A stretch of 63,870 bases of DNA, filler included, from Welwitschia mirabilis (lineage: Eukaryota), in the NCBI GenBank assembly GCA_051453625.1. It is 6 parts of one record of this genome, joined end to end, with 100 filler letters (N's around TTAATTAATTAA, not from the genome) between each part and the next. Parts side by side here need not be neighbours in the genome. Positions count along the whole stretch, not along the records: positions 34,431 to 42,208 come from JBOZIK010000001.1; positions 42,309 to 46,305 come from JBOZIK010000001.1; positions 46,406 to 49,941 come from JBOZIK010000001.1; 3 more parts are not named here. One strand, written 5' to 3'. This document shows positions 36,101-50,041 of the stretch, in pieces. The notes beneath the pieces were generated by a model that saw only the letters and a list, made by a program, of their open reading frames with translations, was not told the DNA's origin and ran no database searches. The position numbers and the translations under genes are program-made. The first letter of the stretch is position 1; each line of letters begins with the position of its first letter.

Positions 36101-38270
36101 AGATATGAAAGGAAGTACCCGAATCAACTAGCCAAACGTCTTTACTAGATCTCTCTGCCAAAAGACCGCATGGTTTTGACACTAGAAAACTAACTCCGTC
36201 ATCTGCCTAATTGACCTGTGAGAAAGACTCTCCCTAATGGCCCTGTTCATGCCTCTCTTTCTACTTTGCCTTTCAAGCATAATAGTCCTTCTTCGCATGT
36301 CTCTTTTTCTTATAGAACCAGCATTCGACGTTTCTGCCACGAGAAATTCCTCTGCTTTTGCTTCTCCCGCTGCTTTGGTCATATTTCGTATTCCTGCCTC
36401 TATTTTCAGCTACAAACGCACCCTCCAAAGATTGTGTTTCCTTGAGTTTACCCTCAGAATCTTAAAGCATAGACGCAGTTTGCTCAAGAGTCATTATGGT
36501 AATATTCATAGATGTAGTGATAGATATCACTACTACAAACCAAACTTCCGAAAGAGAATCCAATAAGGCACAAGACTTAACTAAATCTGGAATTTTAATT
36601 TATACTCTTTCAGCTTTACCAGATTACCCATCATCTCATCCAGATGATCTTGTAATGAAATTTTTGCCTGCTTCCTTGCCTTGAACATCTTCTGATAGAT
36701 GTGAAACATGTTCAAACCAAATGCGTTATCAAACCTGTTCTTGAGGCTTCACTAGAGATCATGAGGATTCATATNNNNNNNNNNNNNNNNNNNNNNNNNN
36801 NNNNNNNNNNNNNNNNNNNNNNNNNNNNNNNNNNNNNNNNNNNNNNNNNNNNNNNNNNNNNNNNNNNNNNNNNNTCTGCGTCCAGGGTAGACATGCTGCC
36901 ATGTTTCTTCCCTCGCAACACTGTTAGAATTCCCTTGGTAATTCTCCAACATCCTCCTCTGCTAAAGAAGCCCAAGCCTAAATCATCAAGCTGTGTAATA
37001 GAAATCAGCTTCTTCGTCACCTTTGGAACATGACAAACATTATTAATGGTAACCTTCGGCAATCCTAGTTGCTGCAAAACAACGCTGCCTACCCCAACAA
37101 CTTGAAGAGGTTCTCCGTATACAATGTAAATAACTCTAAAAGATATAGGACTGTAAGTAGAGAAAGCAAAACAATCTGGACAGATATGAAAGGAAGTACC
37201 CGAATCAACTAGCCAAACGTCTTCACTAGACCTCTCTGCCAAAAGACCGCATGGTTTTGACACTAGAAAACTAACTCCGTCATCTGCCTGATTGACCTGT
37301 GAGAAAGACTCTCCCGAATGGCCCTGTTCATGCCTCTCTTTCTACTTTGCCTTTCAAGCATAACAGTCCTTCTTCGCATGTCTCTTTTTCTTATAGAACC
37401 AGCATTCGACGCTTCTGCCATGAGAAATTCCTCTGCTTTTGCTTCTCCCGCTGCTTTGGTCATGTTTTGTATTCCTGCCTCTATTTTTAGCTATAAACGC
37501 ACCCTCCAAAGATTGTGTTTCCTTGAGTTTACCCTCAAAATCTTAAAGCATAGACGCAGCTTGCTCAAAAGTCATTGTGGTAATATTCATAGATGTAGTA
37601 GTCTATCACTACTACAAACCAAACTTCAGAAAGAGAATCCAATAAGGCACAAGACTTAACTAAATCTGGAATTTTAATTTATACTCTTTCGGCTTTACCA
37701 GATTACCCATCATCTCATCCAGATGATCTTGTAATGAAATTTTTGGCTGCTTCCTCACCTTGAACATCTTCTGATAGATGTGAAACATGTTCAAACCAAA
37801 TGCGTTATCAAATTTGTTCTTGAGGGTTCACCAGAGATCATGAGGATCCATATCCTGTTTAATCGGTTGTAGGATCCCGTTACTCAAACTTGGATGTATG
37901 TAGGATAGGCCTTTCTTTTCACCTTTTCCCATTCTTCTTCTTTCATGGAAACCGGTTTCACAGACTCTAGAGCTTTAAAGCACTCCTTCTGTGCCAAAGC
38001 GGCTTTCATCAGAACACTCCAAATGTTCCAGTTTCGGCCAACGAGCATATCTATTGTTTGCAACCTCTCCATCACACTTTGTCTCAAAGAAATGTATCCA
38101 ACCAGTATAGATGCAAAAAGAATGCTCGCTCGCTCCATTCACAAGTTTCACTCATAAAAGCTCCAACAATTCCTGCAACTTCCCAACCTTCACTGCAATA
38201 CCCTGAGGTAAACCCTAACCAAGCTCTAATACCAGTTGTTAAGAATAGCAGCGAAAAACAACACAAACAA
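33196..38270 (-). mobile_element. Younger Ty1/copia element inserted into the 5' LTR of the preceding element
   Basis: 3' LTR 33196-33561 with PPT. RNase H STTEVEY...CDSPSAIHLAKN...RTKYIDIRFHFVRE, RT, integrase, protease WLVDSGTSFHIC, gag. PBS gctctaatacca 38223-38234. Truncated 5' LTR from 38237 with the same tgttaagaatagcagcgaaaaacaac start. Confidence 0.92.
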
Positions 38271-40173
38271 ATGTTTTAAATATCCCTAAGACTTCATCTT
38301 TAGATTTCAACATGTACACTCAAATCTTCCGTGTACAGTCATCAATGAACATCACAAAATATAAAGAACCCTAAGAGAAACAGGATTCATAGGCCCACAA
38401 ACATCAAAATAGACTAAATCCAATTTGTTTTTCATTCCATTATCCAAGTCCCTATGAAAATTAACTCTTCTAGACTTTCCAACTAAATAGTCTTTATAAA
38501 AATCTATTGGAGTACCAAAAAATGCAGGAATAAGAGATTGGGACTGCAATACCTTTAAACCAGAGTTACCAATATGTCCAAGACGTTTGTGTCAAACATT
38601 AGTGTCCTCCGTATCTGAAACTACAGCAACTACACCACAAGCATTTGCTTCTAATATGTACATGCTACCCTTTGCTCCCTAAAATCGTCATATTCCCTTC
38701 AGTAATTCTCCAACAGCCTCTACCACTTAAGAAATTCAAGCCTAGATCATCCAACTGCATGACAGAGATCAGCTTCTTTGTCACCTCTAGAACATGCCCA
38801 ACATTATTAATGGTAACTTTCGGCATCCCTAGTTGTTGCAAAACAATGCTACCTATTCCAACAACTGTCACTAGTTTCCCATTAGCAGCAGATACAATAC
38901 TAGATGAAACAGCACAATATAATATAAAGATGGAACAATCAGGGCAAATATGAAAGGAGGCACTTATGTTAATCAAGCACATGTCCTTAGCATGTTCCTC
39001 TGTAAAGAAGGCACAAGGTTCAGATACAAGAAAACTAACATCTTCTTCAGCTTGATTCACCTAAAAAGAGGACTCTTCTGTTTTTCCCCTTTTGGTCTTC
39101 TTCCTTTGTTTTGCTTTCCATGCATAGCAGTCCTTTTGTCTATGACCCTTTTTCTTGCAAAACCAGCATTCCATACTCTTGGTACGAGACACGCCTCTAT
39201 TGTTATATGTCCCTCTTCTCTGGTCACGTTTCCAATTCCTGCTTCTGCTTTTAGCGACAAAGGCACCTTTAGATGTCGACGCTTCATTCAACCTGCCTTC
39301 AGAATCTTGAAGTGCAAAAACAACCTGTTCAAAGGTCATAGAAGTAATATTCATGGACGTAGTAATTGAAGTCACTACTGCAGACCATGAATCTGGTAGA
39401 GAATCCCGAAGAGTATAAGATTTCACCAAATCTGTAATACCAATTTTGTACTCCTCTAACTTAACTACATTACCCATCATCTCATCTAGGTGATCTTGCA
39501 AACAGCCATCATGTCTTCTCTTCGCTTTGAAAACCTTTTGATAAATGTGAAAAGTACTTAAACCAGAGGCTTTATCAAACCTGTTTTCAAGGTCTACCAG
39601 AGATCATGAGGCTCCATGTCGTATTTAATAGACTGCAGAATACCATTACTTAGATATAGATGGATATAGGACAGAGCCTACTTCGTCTTTGTCCAGGCAT
39701 GATCTTGCATGGAAGTAGGTTTCATTGACTTCAGGGCTTGTACACAATCCTTCCACACCAAGACAATCCTCATCATAACAAACTAAACATTTCAGCAGAG
39801 CAAAAGCAAAATGCAAACATCAACACACCAGATTTACGTGGAAAAGCCCAACATGGGGAAAAACCACAAAAGCAATGCAGAGCTCTTTATTAGAATGAAA
39901 ACGGGTAAGGATACAACCCATCCTCAAGAGCCAATATTGCAACTCTCGACCCCCACACACCTTCTGACATTCCATGCCTCTATTTCCTTGACGTAGATTT
40001 TCTTTTAGGGTAGAAACCCTAACCCTAACTTCTAGAACTTTCTATATGACCCCATTAAACTTCCCTTCTCCCTTTAATATTAAATTACAACAAGAAGGGG
40101 ACTATATAAATATATATAATGTCAAACTACAAAGGAATAAATAACATCAAGAGATTTGGCTTCACTTCCAACA
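38271..40173 (-). mobile_element. Related copia fragment (LTR, gag, protease, integrase start)
   Basis: Intact Zn knuckle CWFCKKKGHRQKDC, ASFHICP protease, LDLVYFDVCGP and FIDD. LTR ~39793-40173 with a second copy from 41398. Confidence 0.88.
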
Positions 40174-41397
40174 AGAACACACTTACCAAAAATTTACTTT
40201 TCTTTAATGAAATTCATTTTTCATAGAGAGAGAGAACAAAGCAGAAGTGAAATGAACAAGGGAGAAGAGCAACAAACTTTATTTCATCATCAAAAAGAAC
40301 ATTTAAGTCATTGAATCTTTTTACTTTCTTACATGAACAATGAACTAGCAAGCAAGAAAGAGAGTCTTTTGGGTCTTTCAAAGGCATTGTTGCAGATTCT
40401 TTATCTAACTTCCTCTCTCTTTTTCTTTCCATTGAATTCATCTTCCTAAGGTCTTAGAAACATGGTCAAACTATTCGATACAACATGGTAGTCATGCAAG
40501 GCANNNNNNNNNNNNNNNNNNNNNNNNNNNNNNNNNNNNNNNNNNNNNNNNNNNNNNNNNNNNNNNNNNNNNNNNNNNNNNNNNNNNNNNNNNNNNNNNN
40601 NNNNNNNNNNNNNNNNNNNNNNNNNNNNNNNNNNNNNNNNNNNNNNNNNNNNNNNNNNNNNNNNNNNNNNNNNNNNNNNNNNNNNNNNNNNNNNNNNNNN
40701 NNNNNNNNNNNNNNNNNNNNNNNNNNNNNNNNNNNNNNNNNNNNNNNNNNNNNNNNNNNNNNNNNNNNNNNNNNNNNNNNNNNNNNNNNNNNNNNNNNNN
40801 NNNNNNNNNNNNNNNNNNNNNNNNNNNNNNNNNNNNNNNNNNNNNNNNNNNNNNNNNNNNNNNNNNNNNNNNNNNNNNNNNNNNNNNNNNNNNNNNNNNN
40901 NNNNNNNNNNNNNNNNNNNNNNNNNNNNNNNNNNNNNNNNNNNNNNNNNNNNNNNNNNNNNNNNNNNNNNNNNNNNNNNNNNNNNNNNNNNNNNNNNNNN
41001 NNNNNNNNNNNNNNNNNNNNNNNNNNNNNNNNNNNNNNNNNNNNNNNNNNNNNNNNNNNNNNNNNNNNNNNNNNNNNNNNNNNNNNNNNNNNNNNNNNNN
41101 NNNNNNNNNNNNNNNNNNNNNNNNNNNNNNNNNNNNNNNNNNNNNNNNNNNNNNNNNNNNNNNNNNNNNNNNNNNNNNNNNNNNNNNNNNNNNNNNNNNN
41201 NNNNNNNNNNNNNNNNNNNNNNNNNNNNNNNNNNNNNNNNNNNNNNNNNNNNNNNNNNNNNNNNNNNNNNNNNNNNNNNNNNNNNNNNNCCTCTCCATTA
41301 TCAATACAAAAACAATAGGTACTTAGGCGTAGAATGATAATGGCCCCCCAAAAGATATTCGAACAGAAAGTACTTCAAACCTTGCTCTTATATAAGT

Positions 41398-41637
41398 TGT
41401 TAGAAAAATGCAACAAAGCAAAAGCAAAATGCAAACATCAACATACCAGATTTACATGGAAAACCCCAATGTGGGGAAAAACCATAGAAGTAATGCAAAG
41501 CTCTCTTATTAAATGAAAAGGCAAGGACATAGGCCGTCCTCAATAGTTAATATTAAAACTCTTCACTATCACACACGCCTTATAGCATTCCATGCCTCTA
41601 TTTCCTTTATATAGATTTTCTTTTAGGGTAGAAACCC
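41398..41637 (-). mobile_element. Copia LTR copy of the same family as 39793-40173, cut by a gap
   Basis: Starts TGTTAG and shares gcaaaagcaaaatgcaaacatcaaca...ccagatttac.tggaaaa. Confidence 0.75.
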
Positions 41638-41938
41638 NNNNNNNNNNNNNNNNNNNNNNNNNNNNNNNNNNNNNNNNNNNNNNNNNNNNNNNNNNNNNNN
41701 NNNNNNNNNNNNNNNNNNNNNNNNNNNNNNNNNNNNNNNNNNNNNNNNNNNNNNNNNNNNNNNNNNNNNNNNNNNNNNNNNNNNNNNNNNNNNNNNNNNN
41801 NNNNNNNNNNNNNNNNNNNNNNNNNNNNNNNNNNNNNNNNNNNNNNNNNNNNNNNNNNNNNNNNNNNNNNNNNNNNNNNNNNNNNNNNNNNNNNNNNNNN
41901 NNNNNNNNNNNNNNNNNNNNNNNNNNNNNNNNNNNNNN

Positions 41939-42208
41939 CATGGAGGTCATTTCAATGTTGTTCAAGGCTACCGATGTGGAAGGTATGGACATACTCAAAG
42001 ATTTTGTCGATATAATCAAGATGCATTCTATGCTAATAAAGTTGAAGAATCACAAAATGATAAGGAGAATTTGTTAAATTTGGTAAAAATTGTAGGGTTG
42101 TACACAAGAATTTTATAAATAGGAAAAATGAATGGTGCATTAACAGTGGTTGTACACAGCATATGGCTGGAAATTTGAATTTCTTTTGTGAGCTAAACAA
42201 GCAGGAAT
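41939..42208 (+). mobile_element. Copia (Sirevirus-like) gag-end/protease fragment
   Basis: KNEWCINSGCTQHMAG resembles the WYLDSGCSRHMTG protease motif. Confidence 0.7.
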
Positions 42209-42308
42209 NNNNNNNNNNNNNNNNNNNNNNNNNNNNNNNNNNNNNNNNNNNNTTAATTAATTAANNNNNNNNNNNNNNNNNNNNNNNNNNNNNNNNNNNN
42301 NNNNNNNN

Positions 42309-45300
42309 ACTAGGTAATGGCTAGGAAATGGATACATAACATTTATAAATTTTACTTGTCTGTGCTATCCAATCGACCCTACAAAAATCTGGTTGATTCC
42401 ATGTGGGCTTAGTTGACTCCATCCTGGGTACAGTTAATCCCTTGCCTCTCAGTTTGAAAATATTGTCTATCATCTTCTCAAGTTTGGTTAACCCCATAAA
42501 AATCCGATCGACCTCTTTTCTCTTAGTCTGAGATATTGCCTATTAGTTCCTCAAATCCAGTCGACCCCATAAAAATCCAATTGACCCATTTCCATTTGGT
42601 TAAGAAAAACTAACTTTTAGGTTATAGGTTCCGTCGACCCCATCAGAATCTGATCGACTCCTCTAAGTTTAGTCCATTTTTCTTGTGACAACTTCAGGTG
42701 TGGTCGACTCCTTTAGGGTTCGGTCAACTCCCACTGNNNNNNNNNNNNNNNNNNNNNNNNNNNNNNNNNNNNNNNNNNNNNNNNNNNNNNNNNNNNNNNN
42801 NNNNNNNNNNNNNNNNNNNNNNNNNNNNNNNNNNNNTTCCGTCGACCCCATCAGAATCTGATCGACTCCTCTAAGTTTAGACCATTTTTCTTGTGACAAC
42901 TTCAGGTGTGGTCGACTCCTTTAGGGTTCGGTCAACTCCCACTGGAGGGTAATTTATTTTAGCAGATTTCTGGTATATTTTTGGTCCAATTCTTCACCTA
43001 CAAAACTCAATCTCCTCTGCACACTAGATACAACATTTTACACTACACAAGAGATATTAGTTTGATATCAATTGACAAATATAATCTAACAATCTCCCCT
43101 TTTGACATTNNNNNNNNNNNNNNNNNNNNNNNNNNNNNNNNNNNNNNNNNNNNNNNNNNNNNNNNNNNNNNNNNNNNNNNNNNNNNNNNNNNNNNNNNNN
43201 NNNNNNNNNNNNNNNNNNNNNNNNNNNNNNNNNNNNNNNNNNNNNNNNNNNNNNNNNNNNNNNNNNNNNNNNNNNNNNNNNNNNNNNNNNNNNNNNNNNN
43301 NNNNNNNNNNNNNNNNNNNNNNNNNNNNNNNNNNNNNNNNNNNNNNNNNNNNNNNNNNNNNNNNNNNNNNNNNNNNNNNNNNNNNNNNNNNNNNNNNNNN
43401 NNNNNNNNNNNNNNNNNNNNNNNNNNNNNNNNNNNNNNNNNNNNNNNNNNNNNNNNNNNNNNNNNNNNNNNNNNNNNNNNNNNNNNNNNNNNNNNNNNNN
43501 NNNNNNNNNNNNNNNNNNNNNNNNNNNNNNNNNNNNNNNNNNNNNNNNNNNNNNNNNNNNNNNNNNNNNNNNNNNNNNNNNNNNNNNNNNNNNNNNNNNN
43601 NNNNNNNNNNNNNNNNNNNNNNNNNNNNNNNNNNNNNNNNNNNNNNNNNNNNNNNNNNNNNNNNNNNNNNNNNNNNNNNNNNNNNNNNNNNNNNNNNNNN
43701 NNNNNNNNNNNNNNNNNNNNNNNNNNNNNNNNNNNNNNNNNNNNNNNNNNNNNNNNNNNNNNNNNNNNNNNNNNNNNNNNNNNNNNNNNNNNNNNNNNNN
43801 NNNNNNNNNNNNNNNNNNNNNNNNNNNNNNNNNNNNNNNNNNNNNNNNNNNNNNNNNNNNNNNNNNNNNNNNNNNNNNNNNNNNNNNNNNNNNNNNNNNN
43901 NNNNNNNNNNNNNNNNNNNNNNNNNNNNNNNNNNNNNNNNNCAAATAATAATGTAAAATATGATAAAAAATACTTATTACAAATATTTTGGTTTATTTTT
44001 AATTAAGATAAAAATTTAATTCTCTCTAAAAATAAGCAGATATAATTTTATGCTACAATCTGAGAAATATCAAATGATGCTAAGTGATACACAAATATTC
44101 TGCTAAAACAAATAACTAATTTTCATTAAAAAAAACCATTACAAGGATTATACCTAAAAATAAAAATTGCTCACTAGGAGCATACATATGAAGATTAACA
44201 AATAGGCACAATAAAAATCTCTCCTTTTTTGACAACAAAAGTAAGGAGAGAATACTAAAGCATGATCTGAAAGATAAGAAATTTTAATCTGATTCTTCCT
44301 CTTCTTCTTCTTCTTCCTCTAAATCTTCTTCATCTCCTCTAGTATGAGTAGAGATGATACCTTCAGTTGAGTTATCTATAATTTCATATCCAACTGCCAT
44401 GAGTGTTTTTTTCATGTGTCTAGTATGGGAGTCAATCCGATTTAAATATGAAAGATTCTTATCTGGATATGTTGCTTTTGAAGTTTCAAAAGGGGATTTC
44501 TTTAAACGATCAAAGATATGCATGTGCGACAAAGTCACACATCCAATTAGTAATAAAGACTAAAGAGTATCTAAATAAGGATGTAGATTTACACAAAAAT
44601 GGTAACATATTTTAGTGATAAGAAAAAAGTAGGGTAAAGCCCTAGTTNNNNNNNNNNNNNNNNNNNNNNNNNNNNNNNNNNNNNNNNNNNNNNNNNNNNN
44701 NNNNNNNNNNNNNNNNNNNNNNNNNNNNNNNNNNNNNNNNNNNNNNNACAAAAATGGTAACATATTTTAGTGATAAGCACAAAGTAGGGTAAAGCCCTAG
44801 TTCTATGGTATTCCAACTGTGAAGCCATGTTTTTCAGTATTATGGTAGGAGCATTAATAGAATGCTCAGTCCCTACCAAATACATTAAATATGCTCTATA
44901 GCTGGAGGCCTCATCATTATGGCTAACTAAAGAGAAAAAGTTACAAGTAAAAATAAAATTAATAAAATGATATTTAAGAGTCAACAAAGAAGTAGATAAA
45001 GTGTGTTTCCAAGTATGCAATCTACCACAAAGATCCTTGGTCACTATAATCTTATCTTTTATAGTGTCTCTGAGAGGCCAAAACTCCTCATAGTCTCTCC
45101 TTAGAAGATCAATGAGCTTAGAAATGAGGTTCGTAGTTACTTTTATCCTTCTACCCAAAANNNNNNNNNNNNNNNNNNNNNNNNNNNNGTTAAAATAATC
45201 ATTGTAATAAAACATCCTAATAAGAAAAGGATAGGTAGAAATTGAGACATCCAAGAAGTAGTCTAGATCTCGATCTCTCGAGATTGGATTACCTCCCTAA

Positions 45301-46286
45301 GTTTTCTACACTTAGATGTGGCCACAAATCGCTCCTTGCACACAGATTTCTTCTCAAACTTGTCAGAGAACTTGTCAATGTCTTCTTTAGATATTCCTTG
45401 ATAGAAGTAAAAGGGTTCCTTTGAAGTAGCCTCTTTTGAACCTCTCCTGAAAGAGCTAGTGGCTATTCTAAGATCCTTAAAAGAAAGAGTACTCAAAAAA
45501 ACACTAGATCTAGTAGCAAGATCACTAGATCTAGAAAGAAACTCACTAGATCTAAAGACTTGGAGGCAATAGAACATAATAAAATTAAGTTAGGGTTTTA
45601 GTTCTTTTATAGACTAAGGGAAATAGGGCAAATCTGAAAAATAAATGATGTCCACTAATTGTACTTCCACATTGTAATTCATTAGGTCCAGTCAACCACT
45701 TGAACATCTATTCGACTGGTCGCAATATGGGTTTATAGTACTAGAAGAGGTTTGAGTGACCGGGCTCTTAATCCAGTAGACCAATCACATCTAGTCGATC
45801 GAATCATAGATCTGGTTGATCACCCTACAATTAGCCAAGAGATGGAGTACTGACCTCTAGATCACTTTCATGATAGTTAAATTAATTATGAAAACGAGGG
45901 GTTTTATCAGAATTGATAGAATAACATTTAGTTGTATTAAAATATTTCTTAAAGTTTTGGTTTTCATNNNNNNNNNNNNNNNNNNNNNNNNNNNNNNNNN
46001 NNNNNNNNNNNNNNNNNNNNNNNNNNNNNNNNNNNNNNNNNNNNNNNNNNNNNNNNNNNNNNNNNNNATATTTCTTAAAGTTTTGGTTTTCATGGAATGT
46101 TTGATCAAATGATTTGACATCTAATTTCTAAGCATTGTCAATACATTTTACATGAAAAATAGCAACATTTGTTTTCTCATTTTCAATAATGCATTTTAAT
46201 TTATCAAAAATTATTATATTCCCTTTATCACAAAGTTGACTAACACTTAATAAATTGTGCTATAAACCATTCACATAATGTACATT
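42309..46286 (-). mobile_element. Sirevirus-like element remnant with env-like ORF, multiple PPTs and an LTR with GTCGAC repeats
   Basis: LTR ends ctaaCA at 43091 next to atctccccttttgaca, with a second PPT near 44217. Disrupted ORF 44284-45577 has an acidic tail. HNLLSVSQLCDKG protease tail near 46220-46260. Confidence 0.75.
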
Positions 46287-47069
46287 ATCAAGGTTACATG
46301 ATATANNNNNNNNNNNNNNNNNNNNNNNNNNNNNNNNNNNNNNNNNNNNTTAATTAATTAANNNNNNNNNNNNNNNNNNNNNNNNNNNNNNNNNNNNNNN
46401 NNNNNAAATAGTACGGCAAACAAATTTTATTGAATTCCTAAATCTAAAGCACACTTTTATTGAAAACAAAAGAAGGGAAAATTAATTATCTATTTTAATC
46501 TCAAGATTTTTAGAGAAATAAAGTCCAAACTAAAAATTTATCAATTGATAAATATAAGAGAAGAATAATTACTTCTAAGAAAAATTAATTTAATGAAAAG
46601 AGGAGTAATAAAGAGCACTCTATGATGCCACATCAAAGCATNNNNNNNNNNNNNNNNNNNNNNNNNNNNNNNNNNNNNNNNNNNNNNNNNNNNNNNNNNN
46701 NNNNNNNNNNNNNNNNNNNNNNNNNNNNNNNNNNNNNNNNNNNNNNNNNNNNNNNNNNNNNNNNNNNNNNNNNNNNNNNNNNNNNNNNNNNNNNNNNNNN
46801 NNNNNNNNNNNNNNNNNNNNNNNNNNNNNNNNNNNNNNNNNNNNNNNNNNNNNNNNNNNNNNNNNNNNNNNNNNNNNNNNNNNNNNNNNNNNNNNNNNNN
46901 NNNNNNNNNNNNNNNNNNNNNNNNNNNNNNNNNNNNNNNNNNNNNNNNNNNNNNNNNNNNNNNNNNNNNNNNNNNNNNNNNNNNNNNNNNNNNNNNNNNN
47001 NNNNNNNNNNNNNNNNNNNNNNNNNNNNNNNNNNNNNNNNNNNNNNNNNNNNNNNNNNNNNNNNNNNNN

Positions 47070-49941
47070 GCTCTTGTATCAATGAGGTAGTGGGCTATTG
47101 CACAAAAGGATCTACCTAAAAGTAAAGGATATCTTGTGTTATACTCAACTTCTATGATAATTACATCTATGGGGTAGCAAGCCTCTTCTATTTGTATTAC
47201 TAAACCTTTAATGATGCCTAGAAATTTCTTAACTAAAGTATCTACTAATTCTAAGATAAATGGAGTAGAATTGATTCTATCCTCCAAACCAAGTATTTTA
47301 CAAATGTGAAGTGGCATAATGTTAACACTCACTTTAATGGCAATCAAGGATTTCCTAATCTTTTTATTTCCCTCTATAGTAACATTCACAGTAGGTGCTC
47401 TTGGATCTTTAAATTTGGATGATTTTTGTAACACTAAATTCGTGAGGGAATAGGCAAGAAGTACTTTGCTAGAGATAACTTATTTATGTTTTTTATTATT
47501 AGGTCTTTCCATAATTTTAAGTACCCTGAGATTTTTAGTAAAACTTTTCAAAAAGGTAAGTTTATGCTTATGTTTTTTATTAAGGCTTTTTAATGATCAT
47601 TGAAAGTTAAATTATTGTTAATCTTATCCATCCAAGGGGTGGTCTGCTGGGAAGTATTTTTCTTTTTCTTTTTATCAAGAGAAGGGAATTTGTAATATTC
47701 TAATATTTTAATGTTATTTTACTCCTCTTCTTCATTATTTCTAAAGTTATTTTAGGAGGTGAAAGGTTCACATGGAGGAGGGTTTGTTTCTTATCTACTT
47801 ATTGTCACAACCTTATAATCTTTTCTTAGTTTATTTGGGTTTTATAAAGCTTTTATTGCTAGAGTTCCTTGAGGTCTTTGGTTTACTAATATTGTTTGTT
47901 AAAAGATGTTTACCATGTTTTTTATGTTGGCATCTGTTCTTATAAGTTAATCCATAAGGTTTGTTAGTTGATCATTTAGATATTAATAGTTTGATGGTCC
48001 TGATTGAGAGCTTAAGTTTTTGAATCAGTTTTTAAAAGGTTGAGAATTATTTTGGAAATGAGTGTTCAACCTTGGTTGTGCTTGATTTTGATTACTAAAG
48101 TTTTGAGATGGTTGGTTAAAAGCATAATTTTTTTCACGAATTCTTTCTTTATATGTTGGTAAAAGAGGACAATTTTTAGTGATATGATAATTATCTTCAC
48201 ATAAGTCATAAATTTGCACAACATTTTTTTCAGTTGCGGTTTTAGCATCTAAGAGCATTTTCACATAATTCTTCAAGATTGCTGTAAAATATTTCATAAG
48301 ATATATAGGATTAGATTCTACCTCTTTTTGTTGTTTAACCTTTTTTAAGTCATTGATGAGTTAGCCTATAGTTTAATTTTCTTTAGGTGTTGATCATGTT
48401 TGACTATTCTTCTAATTTTATTTAAGTATCTTTTAATGTAANNNNNNNNNNNNNNNNNNNNNNNNNNNNNNNNNNNNNNNNNNNNNNNNNNNNNNNNNNN
48501 NNNNNNNNNNNNNNNNNNNNNNNNNNNNNNNNNNNNNNNNNTCTTTAGGTGTTGATCATGTTTGACTAATCTCCACAAGTTCTTCTAATTTTATCTAAGT
48601 ATCTTTTAATGTAAGGTTAATGAGGTTTCCACCACAAGAGAAATCCACAAATTGTTTCATGTGGGGAGTCAATTTACTATAAAAATACTCTAGTTGTTCT
48701 ACTCTTGAAAATGCATCTACTAGATTAGAGTGGATTGCTATAAAGAAATGTTCATAAGTAGAGGTATAATCTTCATTTGATTTTTCTTGGAAGTTTATTA
48801 CCTCTTTTTTTCNNNNNNNNNNNNNNNNNNNNNNNNNNNNNNNNNNNNNNNNNNNNNNNNNNNNNNNNNNNNNNNNNNNNNNNNNNNNNNNNNNNNNNNN
48901 NNNNNNNNNNNNNNNNNNNNNNNNNNNNNNNNNNNNNNNNNNNNNNNNNNNNNNNNNNNNNNNNNNNNNNNNNNNNNNNNNNNNNNNNNNNNNNNNNNNN
49001 NNNNNNNNNNNNNNNNNNNNNNNNNNNNNNNNNNNNNNNNNNNNNNNNNNNNNNNNNNNNNNNNNNNNNNNNNNNNNNNNNNNNNNNNNNNNNNNNNNNN
49101 NNNNNNNNNNNNNNNNNNNNNNNNNNNNNNNNNNNNNNNNNNNNNNNNNNNNNNNNNNNNNNNNNNNNNNNNNNNNNNNNNNNNNNNNNNNNNNNNNNNN
49201 NNNNNNNNNNNNNNNNNNNNNNNNNNNNNNNNNNNNNNNNNNNNNNNNNNNNNNNNNNNNNNNNNNNNNNNNNNNNNNNNNNNNNNNNNNNNNNNNNNNN
49301 NNNNNNNNNNNNNNNNNNNNNNNNNNNNNNNNNNNNNNNNNNNNNNNNNNNNNNNNNNNNNNNNNNNNNNNNNNNNNNNNNNNNNNNNNNNNNNNNNNNN
49401 NNNNNNNNNNNNNNNNNNNNNNNNNNNNNNNNNNNNNNNNNNNNNNNNNNNNNNNNNNNNNNNNNNNNNNNNNNNNNNNNNNNNNNNNNNNNNNNNNNNN
49501 NNNNNNNNNNNNNNNNNNNNNNNNNNNNNNNNGCAACAGAACTGAAATTGAAGGCAGAAAGCAGAAAATGCAAAAAATAGGCCTGTCATTCACTTCGTCA
49601 TCTAGACGTTACAAGAGATGATAGTAATTAATTTATTTTAGAAAAATCACAATCCTAAAATTAAAACCAAAAATAAAAATGGCACACTATCGTCCTACTA
49701 TCATGAACATGATAAAGGGAATGACCACTCTTATTTTTACAGAAAACCGAAACTGAAAAGTTAAAACTGAAAAACTATGCATTTAAAACCTATAGCTCCT
49801 AATAAAATACAATGCCACATAAATAAATAACTAAATGGAGGTCCCATATATTCATTTGAATGACAAAAACCCTTATACTCATCAATAGCCTTCCCTAAAA
49901 ATGGTGTCAAGATGTTGTGGTGTGTATTTGTGTAAGCTTTT
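47070..49941 (-). mobile_element. Athila-like Ty3/gypsy 5' part (PBS, gag, protease)
   Basis: KFKDPRAPTV...VSVNIMP...LLLGRSF protease. Gag INFQEK...YFYSKL...FVDFSCGG and C-x4-H-x4-CP. Decayed Asp-tRNA-like PBS at ~49892-49910. Confidence 0.82.
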
Positions 49942-50041
49942 NNNNNNNNNNNNNNNNNNNNNNNNNNNNNNNNNNNNNNNNNNNNTTAATTAATTAANNN
50001 NNNNNNNNNNNNNNNNNNNNNNNNNNNNNNNNNNNNNNNNN

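Noticed and set aside
35800-37850. Apparent tandem duplication of copia gag-protease (~1 kb)
   Set aside because: The copies flank a 100-N gap, as do duplicates near 480, 880, 42740, 44650, 45970, 48440 and 56980. Most likely unmerged overlaps or haplotypes.
7182-49997. Five perfect TTAATTAATTAA palindromes
   Set aside because: Always embedded in N runs. This is an artificial six-frame-stop contig linker.
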